Shown here piece after piece: positions 7,540 to 15,818 of a stretch of 26,859 nt of DNA. The first letter of the stretch is position 1. Each line of letters starts with the position of its first letter. The translations under genes were made by a program, and so were the position numbers. The notes below the pieces were generated by a model that did no database searches, was not told the DNA's origin, and saw only the letters and a list, made by a program, of their open reading frames with translations. Source of the stretch: Clostridia bacterium (GTDB taxonomy: Bacteria > Bacillota > Clostridia > Christensenellales > Aristaeellaceae); contig JAFWBZ010000402.1 in NCBI GenBank assembly GCA_017537105.1, positions 1 to 26,859 on the forward strand. Reading direction: 5' to 3'.

Positions 7540-8502
7540 ATGAAAAAGATCCTGGCTCTGGCACTCGCCCTGATGCTCGCCACCGTCGGCCTGACGTTCG
7601 CGATGGCGGAAGAACAGTACTACATCGGCTACTCCAACATGCAGCTGGCCGAGGACTTCTTCATCACCGTTTCCAACGGCCTGAAGAAGGCGGCCGAGGC
7701 GAACAACGTGAAGTTCGAGGAGACCATCGCCAACCGCGACGCCGTGCTGATGGCCCAGAACATCGAGGCCTTCCTGATGAAGGGCGTGGACATGGTCATC
7801 GACTTCAACGTGCTGGCCGAGACCGGCTCCGAGATGGCCGCCCGCTGCGCCGAGCAGAACGTGCCGATGATCTCCATCGACTGCCTGTATGACGGCGCCT
7901 ACTTCTTCGGTGTCGACAACTACGGTGCCGGCACCGCCCTGGGCGAGGGCGTCTGCGAGTTCGTGGACGAGAAGCTCGGCGGCGAGATCGAGTACATCGT
8001 GTCCCTGTGGGATTCCCAGAGCGGCGATACCATCAAGGCCCGCTGCGACGGCGTGGTGGACGTGCTGGCCGAGAAGTACGGCGTGGATGAGGAGCACATC
8101 GTGTGGGTCGACTCCCTGGCGGACGACGTCAAGACCGGCACCATGACCCGCGACTGGCTGAACAGCCATCCGGACGCCCACAAGATCGTGTTCATCGGCC
8201 AGAACGATGACCGCGGCTACGCCATCAACAACGCCGTGGAGACCCTGGGCCGCCGCGACGACTGCATCATCTGCTCCCACAACGCCGACCCGGCTTCCGT
8301 GGAGAACCTGCAGGCCCATCCCGACGGAGACACCGCCTGGGTGTGCACCGCTTCCTACAACTCCCACCTGTACGGCGAGCAGATCATGGACATGGCCCTG
8401 CGCATCCTGAACGGCGAGGAAGTGGCCCAGTCCGAGTACACCAAGGTCTCCGTCGTCTCCTACAAGAACGTCGCCGAGTACGTGGCGTCCCTGGAAGGCT
8501 GA
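7540..8502 (+). CDS. Sugar ABC transporter substrate-binding protein (RbsB / periplasmic-binding protein type 1 family)
   Basis: AAGGAGG RBS before ATG 7540. Signal peptide MKKILALALALMLATVGLTFAMA|E; FFITVSNGLKKAAE, IEAFLMKGVDMVI, GVDNYGAG, IGQNDDRGYA. Confidence 0.9.
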   Translation: MKKILALALALMLATVGLTFAMAEEQYYIGYSNMQLAEDFFITVSNGLKKAAEANNVKFEETIANRDAVLMAQNIEAFLMKGVDMVIDFNVLAETGSEMAARCAEQNVPMISIDCLYDGAYFFGVDNYGAGTALGEGVCEFVDEKLGGEIEYIVSLWDSQSGDTIKARCDGVVDVLAEKYGVDEEHIVWVDSLADDVKTGTMTRDWLNSHPDAHKIVFIGQNDDRGYAINNAVETLGRRDDCIICSHNADPASVENLQAHPDGDTAWVCTASYNSHLYGEQIMDMALRILNGEEVAQSEYTKVSVVSYKNVAEYVASLEG

Positions 8503-8515
8503 TCCCCCAACCCTG

Positions 8516-8543
8516 TCAGAAGCGGGAGCAATCCCGCTTCTGA
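8516..8543 (+). other. Perfect 12-bp stem-loop with a GCAA tetraloop after the substrate-binding protein gene
   Basis: TCAGAAGCGGGA-GCAA-TCCCGCTTCTGA, followed by TCTTT. Likely mRNA-stabilising or a partial terminator that raises binding-protein levels (inference). Confidence 0.7.
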
Positions 8544-8594
8544 TCTTTCGGAACCCACCCCCACGCAACCATGATACGGCAGGTGATAAGGCGC

Positions 8595-10082
8595 ATGAAT
8601 ATTCTTGAGATGAAGGACATTACCAAGGCCTTTCCGGGCATCGTCGCCAATGACCGCGTCAGCCTGACCCTGGAGAAGGGCGAGGTGCTGGCGCTGATCG
8701 GCGAGAACGGCGCGGGCAAGTCCACGCTGATGAAGATCCTCTCCGGCGCGCAGCGCCCGGACAGCGGCACGATCGTCATCGACGGGCAGACTCTGACCGG
8801 CTACAATACCCGCGAGGCCATCGATCTGGGCATCGGCATTGTTTATCAGGAACTGAATTATCTGGGCGCCTTGAGCATTGCCGAGAACCTGTACATCGGC
8901 AGGATTCCCGTGAAGGGAAGGCTGAAGAAGATCGACTATCCCACGCTCTTCGCCAAGGCGAAGGAGATCATGCAGGAGCTGGGCCTGGGGCACCTGGACC
9001 CGGCCACTCCGGTGGAGCAGCTCTCCACCGCGGAAAAGCAGCTGGTGGAGATCGCCCGGGCCTTTACCCGCGAGGTGAAGATCCTGGTGCTGGACGAGCC
9101 CACCAGCGCGCTGAGCGACACGGAGACGGAGGACCTGTTCAAGCTGATCCGCAGCTTCAAGCAGCGGGGCGTCTCCATCATCTACATTTCCCACCGGTTG
9201 AACGAGATCTTTGAGGTGGCCGACTCGGTGATGATCATGCGCGACGGCAAAAACGTCGCCCGCAGGCGCATCGCCGACACCTGCACCGACGAGCTGGTGC
9301 GGGACATGGTCGGCCGCGAGATCAAGGACATGTACCCCAAGCGCCAGGACATCGCCATCGGCAAGGAGGTCTTCCGGGTGAAGAACCTGCGGACGAACTT
9401 CCTGAAGGACGTGTCCTTCGACGTGCGCGAGGGCGAGGTCGTGGGCCTGTTCGGGCTGATGGGCTCGGGCCGCACGGAGATCGCCAACTGCATCATGGCG
9501 GTCCGGAAGTACGACAGCGCCGAGATGACCGTGGACGGCGCGGCCTACGCCCCGAAGAAGCCCCACGACGCGCTGGACAACGGCATCGCCTACGTGCCGC
9601 CCGAGCGCAAGAGCGACGGCATCACCGCGGTGCTGTCCGTGAAGGACAACATCACCATCGCCAATCTCCGCAAGTTCGCGCCCAAGGGCATCATGAACCT
9701 GAAGCAGGAGATGGCGCTGGCCCGGGACTGGGTCGAAAAGCTGAACATCAAGGTGCCCCAGATCCTGGCCCCGGTGGAGACCCTGTCCGGCGGCAACCAG
9801 CAGAAGGTGGTCGTGGCCAAGGAGCTGAACACCGAGCCCAAGGTGATGATCCTGAACGAGCCCACCCGCGGCGTGGATGTCGGCGCGAAGGTGGAGATCT
9901 ACAACCTGATCAACGACCTCTGCGACAGCCGGAAGGCCGTGCTGATGATCTCCTCGGAGCTTCCGGAGATCATGGCCATGGCGGACCGCATCTTCGTGCT
10001 CCACGAGGGGAGGATCACCGCGGAGGTTCCCAAGTCCGAATTCTCGCAGGAGACCCTGCTGAAATACGCAATAGGAGGCTGA
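8595..10082 (+). CDS. Sugar ABC transporter ATP-binding protein (RbsA/MglA type, two ABC domains)
   Basis: MNILEMKDITKAFPG, Walker A GENGAGKSTLMK, LDEPTS, YISHRL, LSGGNQQKVV, NEPTRGVDVGAK, ISSELPE. The start is moved to ATG 8595 (track start 8571). Confidence 0.95.
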   Translation: MNILEMKDITKAFPGIVANDRVSLTLEKGEVLALIGENGAGKSTLMKILSGAQRPDSGTIVIDGQTLTGYNTREAIDLGIGIVYQELNYLGALSIAENLYIGRIPVKGRLKKIDYPTLFAKAKEIMQELGLGHLDPATPVEQLSTAEKQLVEIARAFTREVKILVLDEPTSALSDTETEDLFKLIRSFKQRGVSIIYISHRLNEIFEVADSVMIMRDGKNVARRRIADTCTDELVRDMVGREIKDMYPKRQDIAIGKEVFRVKNLRTNFLKDVSFDVREGEVVGLFGLMGSGRTEIANCIMAVRKYDSAEMTVDGAAYAPKKPHDALDNGIAYVPPERKSDGITAVLSVKDNITIANLRKFAPKGIMNLKQEMALARDWVEKLNIKVPQILAPVETLSGGNQQKVVVAKELNTEPKVMILNEPTRGVDVGAKVEIYNLINDLCDSRKAVLMISSELPEIMAMADRIFVLHEGRITAEVPKSEFSQETLLKYAIGG

Positions 10083-10088
10083 CAGACC

Positions 10089-11060
10089 ATGACGGGCGCC
10101 AAAGAGCAAACCACCATCCAGAGGATACTTCGCAAGCTGATGAAGGGAAACATCTCGACGGTCATCGCGCTGATCATACTGTGCCTGATCTTCGGCTTTG
10201 CCTCCCCCTATTTCTTCACCTTCACCAACATCATGAACATCGGCACCTACGCCTCCATCATGGGCACGATGGCCTCCGGCCTCACGGTGGCCATGCTGCT
10301 GGGCGGCCTGGACGTGTCCCAGTACGCGCTGTCCGCGTTCTGCGGCATGATCCTGGGCATCCTGTATGAGAACGGATGGAACCCGTATCTCACCATGCTG
10401 ATCGTCATCCTGGTCGGCGCGGTGGGCGGCTGCCTGAACGCCTTCATCATCACGAAGATGCACGTCAGCCCCATCATCTGCACCATGGGCACCCAGTTCA
10501 TCTTCCGCGGCGGCGCCTACCTGCTCACGGACGGCCGGTACATCCGCATCAACGACCCGGTGTACAGCTTCATCGGCTCGGGCAAGATCGCGGGCATCCC
10601 CTTCTGCCTGATCGTCATGGCGGTGATCTACGTGGTCATCTGGTATGTGCTGAAGTACACCACCTACGGCCGGCAGGTGTTCGCCACCGGCGGCAACCCC
10701 AACGTGGCGCAGCTGGCGGGCATCGACACCGCGAAGATCCGCTTCATCTCCCACATCCTGGCGGCCATCACCGCGGCGCTGGGCGGCATCATCACCGTCT
10801 CCCAGACGGCGGCGGCCATGGCCAAGCACGGCGCGGGCAACGACATGGACGGCATCGCGGCGGTCATCCTGGGCGGCTCCAGCGTGGGCGGCAAGGGCCA
10901 GGTCACCGGCACGCTGTTCGGCATCCTGCTGCTGTCCGTGCTGGTCAACGGCATGACGCTTCTGAACGTGCAGGCCTACTGGCAGCAGGTCATCAAGGGC
11001 GGCGTGCTGATCTTCGCCGTGTTCATCGATTCCCTGCGCGGCAACGGACTGAGGGCGTGA
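10089..11060 (+). CDS. Sugar ABC transporter permease (RbsC family)
   Basis: Multiple hydrophobic segments; GGLDVS, PIICTMGT, TTYGRQVFATGGNPNVAQLAGI, IAAVILGG, WQQVIKG. RBS AGGAGG. Confidence 0.95.
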   Translation: MTGAKEQTTIQRILRKLMKGNISTVIALIILCLIFGFASPYFFTFTNIMNIGTYASIMGTMASGLTVAMLLGGLDVSQYALSAFCGMILGILYENGWNPYLTMLIVILVGAVGGCLNAFIITKMHVSPIICTMGTQFIFRGGAYLLTDGRYIRINDPVYSFIGSGKIAGIPFCLIVMAVIYVVIWYVLKYTTYGRQVFATGGNPNVAQLAGIDTAKIRFISHILAAITAALGGIITVSQTAAAMAKHGAGNDMDGIAAVILGGSSVGGKGQVTGTLFGILLLSVLVNGMTLLNVQAYWQQVIKGGVLIFAVFIDSLRGNGLRA

Positions 11061-11064
11061 CGAC

Positions 11065-12009
11065 ATGATCGAGAAAGTCAAATATGCCATGCTGTGCATG
11101 GCGCGCCAGTGCTGGGAACAGGGCGCCGCGGCCCAGGCCATGCTGGAGTGCGGGGATGTGCCCGCGCTGCTGCTGCTGGCCCGGGACTGCGTGGTGCGCC
11201 AGCGGGCGGACGGGCGGCTGTGCGACGTGGAGAACACGCCGGCCAGCGTGGACCCCGCCTGCTGCGTCGAGCCGGTGCTGGCGGCGGGCCGCATACTCGG
11301 GGACGAGAGCTATGCCGAGGCGGCCCGGCGAAACATCGACTACCTGCGCCACACCGCGCCCCGCGCGGAGGACGGCGCGCTCTACCACATGCTGGGGGAC
11401 GAGGAGATCTGGGCCGACGGCCTAGCCATGGGCCCCCACGTGCTGATGGCGGCGGGCTACCTCGACGAGGGCTATCGCTATTACCAAGCGATCCGGCGCA
11501 GGCTGCTGGACCCGGAGACGGGCCTGTTCCGCCACAAGTGGCACGAGGGTCGGCAGTGCTTCACGCGCCCCTGCTTCTGGGGCGTGGGCAACGGCTGGGC
11601 GCTGGTGGGCCTGATGCGCATGACGAAGGCGCTGATGGACGCGGGCGATCCCCGGGCGGACGCGCTGGCGGCGGACTATCGCGCCCTGGCGGACGCCATG
11701 CGGCCGCTGCAGGCCGAAAACGGGCTGTTCCACGACATGCTGGACGACGAACACACATTTTACGAGAGCGAGACGGCGGAAATGTTTGCCTATACGCTCT
11801 ACAATATGGTATCATGGAAAAAACTGGATGCGTCGTATCTCGCGGACGCGGACCGCGCCCGGGAAGCCGTCAACCGCCGGCTCACGCCGGACGGGCTGCT
11901 GACCGGCAGCGCCGGATCTCCGCTGTTTGAGACCGAGGGCACCTCCGTGGAGGCGCAGGCGCATTGGATCATGATGGATACCGCCGCGCGGGCGCTGGGC
12001 AGGCCGTAG
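11065..12009 (+). CDS. GH88/GH105-like (alpha/alpha)6-barrel protein, divergent
   Basis: IWADGLAMGP (cf. W.D.L.M), GLFRHKW, FWGVGNGWALVGL (cf. W.RGNGW), QAENGLFHDML, ESETAEMFAY. Confidence 0.75.
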   Translation: MIEKVKYAMLCMARQCWEQGAAAQAMLECGDVPALLLLARDCVVRQRADGRLCDVENTPASVDPACCVEPVLAAGRILGDESYAEAARRNIDYLRHTAPRAEDGALYHMLGDEEIWADGLAMGPHVLMAAGYLDEGYRYYQAIRRRLLDPETGLFRHKWHEGRQCFTRPCFWGVGNGWALVGLMRMTKALMDAGDPRADALAADYRALADAMRPLQAENGLFHDMLDDEHTFYESETAEMFAYTLYNMVSWKKLDASYLADADRAREAVNRRLTPDGLLTGSAGSPLFETEGTSVEAQAHWIMMDTAARALGRP

Positions 12010-12057
12010 CTTTCGCCGCCCGCCCGCTCCGGCGGGGCGCGCGAAAGAGGGGATACC

Positions 12058-13167
12058 ATGGCGAGGGCAAAGGCGGCGGAGACCGGCGAGCGCGGAAAGC
12101 GCCGCAGCACGATCTACGACGTGGCGAAGCGGGCGGGCGTGTCCGCGGGCACGGTTTCCCACGTGCTGAACGGCACCGCGCCGATCTCGCAGGAGACCCG
12201 CGTCCGCGTGCTGGACTCCGTGCGGGAGCTGGGCTACAGCCGCAACGAGAACGCCCGGGCGCTGCGGACCGCCGATTCCAAGATCATCGGCGTGGTGCTG
12301 CAGGACATCTCGTCGGAGTATTACGCCCAGTGCACCGCCTGCATCCTGCAGCGCGCCCAGGAGGAGGGCTACGCCGTGCTGACCACGGACGCGCACTTCT
12401 CCCCGAAGGTGCTGAAGACCGGCGTGTCCGCGCTGGTGAACCGCCGGGTGAACGGCCTGATCTTCGTCGGCGGCTCCCACGACCGGGAGAGCTACGAGCT
12501 GGCCCACGCGGCCGGGGTGCCCATCGTGTTCGGCGACCGCTACGTCGAGGACTTTCCCTGCGTGCAGTTCAACAACCACGAGACGCTGTATCGGCTGGTG
12601 CGCGCCCTCTACCGGCAGGGTTACCGGGAATTCTGCTACTACGGCGAGCAGCTGAGCTCCCAGCAGAACCTGGAGCAGCGCTTCGGCGGCTTCCGGGACG
12701 CGGTGCGGGACTTGGGCGTGCCCGAAGAGAACTGCGAGGTCATCCTGCAGGAGAACCTGGACAGCAGCAAGATGAAGAAGGCCTTCGACTACTTCCACCA
12801 GGGCATGCTGAAGTCCCGGCGGGAGGGCAGCCGGTCGGTCATACTGACCTCCAACGACATGATCGCCCAGGGCGTCATCTCCGCCGTGCGGCGCTCCGGG
12901 CTGCGCGTACCGGAGGACATCGCCGTGTTCGGCTTCGACAACATCAGCATCTCCGCCTACGCGCTGCCATCCATCTCCACGGTGGCGCAGGACCCCTATC
13001 TGCTGGGCGACCGGTGCTTCGAGCTGCTGCTGGAGCGGATGCGCAATCCCCGGGGGCCGGTGGAAAACGTGATGCTGGAGCAGAAGATCGTGCTGCGGGA
13101 ATCCGTCCCGCTGGAGGAGGCATACGTGCGCGGCGAGGGACTGGCCCTGTACGACGGGGCGGATTGA
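12058..13167 (+). CDS. LacI-family transcriptional regulator
   Basis: HTH TIYDVAKRAGVSAGTVSHVLNG, LGYSRNENARAL, and VPEDIAVFGFDN...PSISTV. Confidence 0.95.
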   Translation: MARAKAAETGERGKRRSTIYDVAKRAGVSAGTVSHVLNGTAPISQETRVRVLDSVRELGYSRNENARALRTADSKIIGVVLQDISSEYYAQCTACILQRAQEEGYAVLTTDAHFSPKVLKTGVSALVNRRVNGLIFVGGSHDRESYELAHAAGVPIVFGDRYVEDFPCVQFNNHETLYRLVRALYRQGYREFCYYGEQLSSQQNLEQRFGGFRDAVRDLGVPEENCEVILQENLDSSKMKKAFDYFHQGMLKSRREGSRSVILTSNDMIAQGVISAVRRSGLRVPEDIAVFGFDNISISAYALPSISTVAQDPYLLGDRCFELLLERMRNPRGPVENVMLEQKIVLRESVPLEEAYVRGEGLALYDGAD

Positions 13168-13179
13168 CAGGCAAAAAAC

Positions 13180-13242
13180 GGGTTCTTCATGTTTCCGTGA
13201 AGAGCCCAAAAGCGGCAGGCAGGCGGCCGGGGCCGCCTGCCT
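13180..13242 (+). other. Two adjacent stem-loops between LacI and the aldo/keto reductase
   Basis: GGGTTCTTCA / TGAAGAGCCC (13180-13207) and AGGCAGGCGGCC / GGCCGCCTGCCT (13217-13242). Confidence 0.55.
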
Positions 13243-13272
13243 TTCCACGCGCTTTTTCAGAGGAGGCAGCTT

Positions 13273-14259
13273 ATGGAATCCATCAATCTGGGCAAGACGG
13301 GGCTCCAGATCCGGAGGATCGGTCTCGGCAGCTGGGCGATCGGCGGTCCCTGCATGGACGGCGGCGCCCAGATGGGCTGGGGAGACGTGGACGACGAGCA
13401 GTCCGTGCGCGCCATCCGCCGGGCCGTGGAGCTGGGCGTCAACTACATCGACACCGCCAACATCTACGGCGCGGGCCACAGCGAGGAGGTCGTGGGCCGC
13501 GCGGTCCGGGGCATCCGGGACGAGGTGGTGATCTCCACCAAGTTCGGCATCCTCTGCGATCCTGTCGCGAAGTGCACCACGGGCATCATCCGGGAGGCCG
13601 GCGAGGTGGCCCGCTCCTGCGAGGATTCGCTGCGGCGGCTGGGGACGGACCGCATCGACCTGCTGCTGTTCCACCTGGGCAGCTGCGCGCCGGAGTTTGC
13701 CGCGGAGGTACGCGAGGCGCTGGAGGCGCTGGTGCGCGCGGGGAAGATCCGCGCCTACGGCTGGTCGACCGAGGACGCGGCCTGCGCCCGGATCTTCGCC
13801 GAGGGCGAGCACTGCGCGGCGTTCATGCACATCGGAAACGTGCTGGAGGACTACCCGGACATGATCGCGCTGTGCGAGGAGACGGGCATGATCAGCCTGT
13901 GCCGCTCGCCGCTGTGCATGGGGCTGCTCACGGGGAAGTACGGCACGGACACCCGCTTCGCCGCCAACGATCTGCGGGGCCGGAACGCCCCGGCGTGGAT
14001 GCAGTACTTCGTGGACGGCAAGCCCAACCCGGAGCTGCTGCGCAGGCTGGACGGCATACGGTCCGTGCTCACCTCCGGCGGCCGCACGCTGGCCCAGGGC
14101 TGCCTGGCGTGGCTGTGGGGGCGCAGCCCGCAGACCGTGCCGGTGCCCGGCTTCCGCACGGAGCGCCAGGCCGAGGACAACGCCCGGGCGCTGGAGTTCG
14201 GCCCGCTGACCCCCGCGCAGATGGCCGAGATCGACGGGATCCTGGGAAGGAACGCCTGA
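13273..14259 (+). CDS. Aldo/keto reductase
   Basis: IGLGSWAIGG, GVNYIDTANIYGAGHSEE, ISTKFG, SLRRLGTDRIDLLLFH, GKIRAYG, SPLCMGLLTGK, VPVPG. RBS GAGGAGG. Confidence 0.93.
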   Translation: MESINLGKTGLQIRRIGLGSWAIGGPCMDGGAQMGWGDVDDEQSVRAIRRAVELGVNYIDTANIYGAGHSEEVVGRAVRGIRDEVVISTKFGILCDPVAKCTTGIIREAGEVARSCEDSLRRLGTDRIDLLLFHLGSCAPEFAAEVREALEALVRAGKIRAYGWSTEDAACARIFAEGEHCAAFMHIGNVLEDYPDMIALCEETGMISLCRSPLCMGLLTGKYGTDTRFAANDLRGRNAPAWMQYFVDGKPNPELLRRLDGIRSVLTSGGRTLAQGCLAWLWGRSPQTVPVPGFRTERQAEDNARALEFGPLTPAQMAEIDGILGRNA

Positions 14260-14326
14260 CCGAGAGACGGGAAGAAGAGGGGTTCTTCGCGTTTTCCCGG
14301 GGAGAAAACTGCACTTTTCAACGATT

Positions 14327-14356
14327 TGAGCCCGGAAGCGCTTGCTTCCGGGCTCA
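14327..14356. terminator. Perfect 13-bp hairpin between convergent AKR and VOC genes, probable bidirectional terminator
   Basis: TGAGCCCGGAAGC-GCTT-GCTTCCGGGCTCA. Confidence 0.7.
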
Positions 14357-14370
14357 TGGACGTTTTCCGG

Positions 14371-14751
14371 TCAATACCGCTGGTTGAACTCCAGCTTTTC
14401 GCGGTTGGGACCGAGGATGGTGAAGTACTTCACGCCCCGCTCGAAGAAGGGCAGCGCGCCCTCCTCGATGACCTCGAGGTGCATCGCGTCCGCGATCCTG
14501 CGGGCCTCGTCCACGTCGGTGACGTTGATGGCGATGTGGTCCACCGCGCCCGCGGTCCCCACGGCCTTGAAGTTCTGGTAGGTCTCGATCACCAGGTCGC
14601 CCAGCTGCATGAACGCCACCAGCTCGCCGTTGTTGTCTGCGCGGAAGATCACCTCGAAGCCCAGCGCGGTGTAGAACGCCACGGTGGCCTCGATGTCGTT
14701 GGTGGGCACGCCGATGTGCTGAAGCCCGGTCGCCAGCTTGGAAAATGCCAT
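14371..14751 (-). CDS. VOC / glyoxalase-family protein (126 aa)
   Basis: This is the 3' part of track ORF 14371..15612. RBS GGGAGG before ATG 14751; QHIGVPTNDIEATVAFY..LGF, IETY, DHIAINVTDVD, GPNREKLEF show the paired beta-alpha-beta-beta-beta repeat with His/Glu metal ligands. Confidence 0.88.
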   Translation of the reverse strand: MAFSKLATGLQHIGVPTNDIEATVAFYTALGFEVIFRADNNGELVAFMQLGDLVIETYQNFKAVGTAGAVDHIAINVTDVDEARRIADAMHLEVIEEGALPFFERGVKYFTILGPNREKLEFNQRY

Positions 14752-14786
14752 GGAAATGCCTCCCTTTCGTTGATTCCCGTGCCTCC

Positions 14787-14815
14787 ATTGTAGCACAGAT
14801 CCGGGGAGAAGACAA
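14787..14815 (-). promoter_or_regulatory. Putative sigma-A promoter for the VOC gene
   Basis: Minus strand TTGTCT (14815-14810), 17 nt, TACAAT (14792-14787), with an extended -10 TG. Confidence 0.65.
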
Positions 14816-14822
14816 CGCGAAA

Positions 14823-15818
14823 CTACCGAAATACCTGGCAGGGGATGCCCTCCCGCTCGAAGACGTCGAGGAAGTATTTCGGCGCGGCGGCCTCGTCGAA
14901 CTCCGGCGCGTAGGTCCGCCCCACCATGTCGTACTTCGCCCCGGCGGCCCGCTGGTAGGGCAGCACATCCACCCGCACCAGCGACTTCGCGCCTTTGACC
15001 AGTTCTGCCACGGTTTCGAAGTGCTCTCGTTCGTCGTTGACGCCGGGGATGATGGGCATGCGCAGGATGAAGGGCGTGTCCCCCGCGGCCAGCATCCGGG
15101 CGTGGCGGCGGATGGGGGCCTGGTCCACGCCGGTGTAGCGCCGGTGTGCCTCCGGGTCGGATACCTTCCAGTCCATCATCACCAGGTCCAGCTTCTCCAT
15201 GACCTGCGCGAACACCGCGTCGGTGGTGAAGCCGCTGGTCTCGACGGCGGTGTGCACGCCCGCCAGCCGGTCGAGCACCCCGGAGACGAAGTCCCACTGT
15301 AACAGCGGCTCGCCGCCGGAGAAGGTCACGCCGCCGCCGGTGGCGCGGAACACGTCGGCGTCCTTGTTGAGCCGCGCGGCCAGGTCCTCCGCGGTCCATG
15401 CCGTGCCGGCGATCTTCCGGAAGCCGCCCCGGCACGCCGGGACGCAGGCGCCGCAGGCGGTGCAGCCCTTGGGCTGCCAGCAGCCGCCCGTTGGGACTTC
15501 GGCGCCGAGGGGACACGCCCGTTCGCAGGCCCCGCAGTGCACGCAGGCGGCGGTGGAGACCATCAGCTGCGGCTTTGGCGACAGGCCTTCCGGGTTGTGG
15601 CACCACTGGCACCTGAGCGGGCAGCCCTTCATGAACACCGTGGTCCGGATGCCCGGACCGTCGAACACGGCAAATTCCTTGATGTCGAATACGATGCCCA
15701 CAGCAGTCGCGCCATTACGCGCTTGCGCGGGCGCGGCCAGCCCGCGCTGGAATCCGCAGGATTCGTGCGGCGCTGTCGCCGCTTGCCCTTTGGGCTGTAG
15801 CGGTGATGCGTTACTCAT
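14823..15818 (-). CDS. Glycyl-radical enzyme activating enzyme (radical SAM) with a ferredoxin-like insert
   Basis: FDGPGIRTTVFMKGCPLRCQWCHNPE (CX3CX2C); two CX2CX2CX3C motifs (CVHCGACERAC, CTACGACVPAC); GGVTFSGGEP, HTAVETSG, RMPIIPGVND. The start is uncertain: ATG 15818 overlapping the GRE stop, or GTG 15701. Confidence 0.93.
   Translation of the reverse strand: MSNASPLQPKGQAATAPHESCGFQRGLAAPAQARNGATAVGIVFDIKEFAVFDGPGIRTTVFMKGCPLRCQWCHNPEGLSPKPQLMVSTAACVHCGACERACPLGAEVPTGGCWQPKGCTACGACVPACRGGFRKIAGTAWTAEDLAARLNKDADVFRATGGGVTFSGGEPLLQWDFVSGVLDRLAGVHTAVETSGFTTDAVFAQVMEKLDLVMMDWKVSDPEAHRRYTGVDQAPIRRHARMLAAGDTPFILRMPIIPGVNDEREHFETVAELVKGAKSLVRVDVLPYQRAAGAKYDMVGRTYAPEFDEAAAPKYFLDVFEREGIPCQVFR

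Noticed and set aside
8460-11294. 944-aa minus-strand ORF
   Set aside because: Antisense to the ABC ATPase and permease. Long stop-free antisense frames are expected with high GC3 codon bias; there is no RBS or recognisable domain.
13164-13193. TTGACA overlapping the LacI stop codon as a possible AKR promoter
   Set aside because: No acceptable -10 at 16-18 nt (best is CATGTT), and the region is occupied by a hairpin.
11812-14387. Long overlapping ORFs 11812..13830 (-) and 11964..14387 (+)
   Set aside because: Shadow and alternative frames of LacI and AKR, rich in Arg/Gly/Ala/Pro with no family motifs.
14371-15612. 413-aa ORF suggesting a long fusion ending in the VOC domain
   Set aside because: The upstream part overlaps the activase in another frame. 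The VOC gene has its own RBS, ATG (14751) and promoter.
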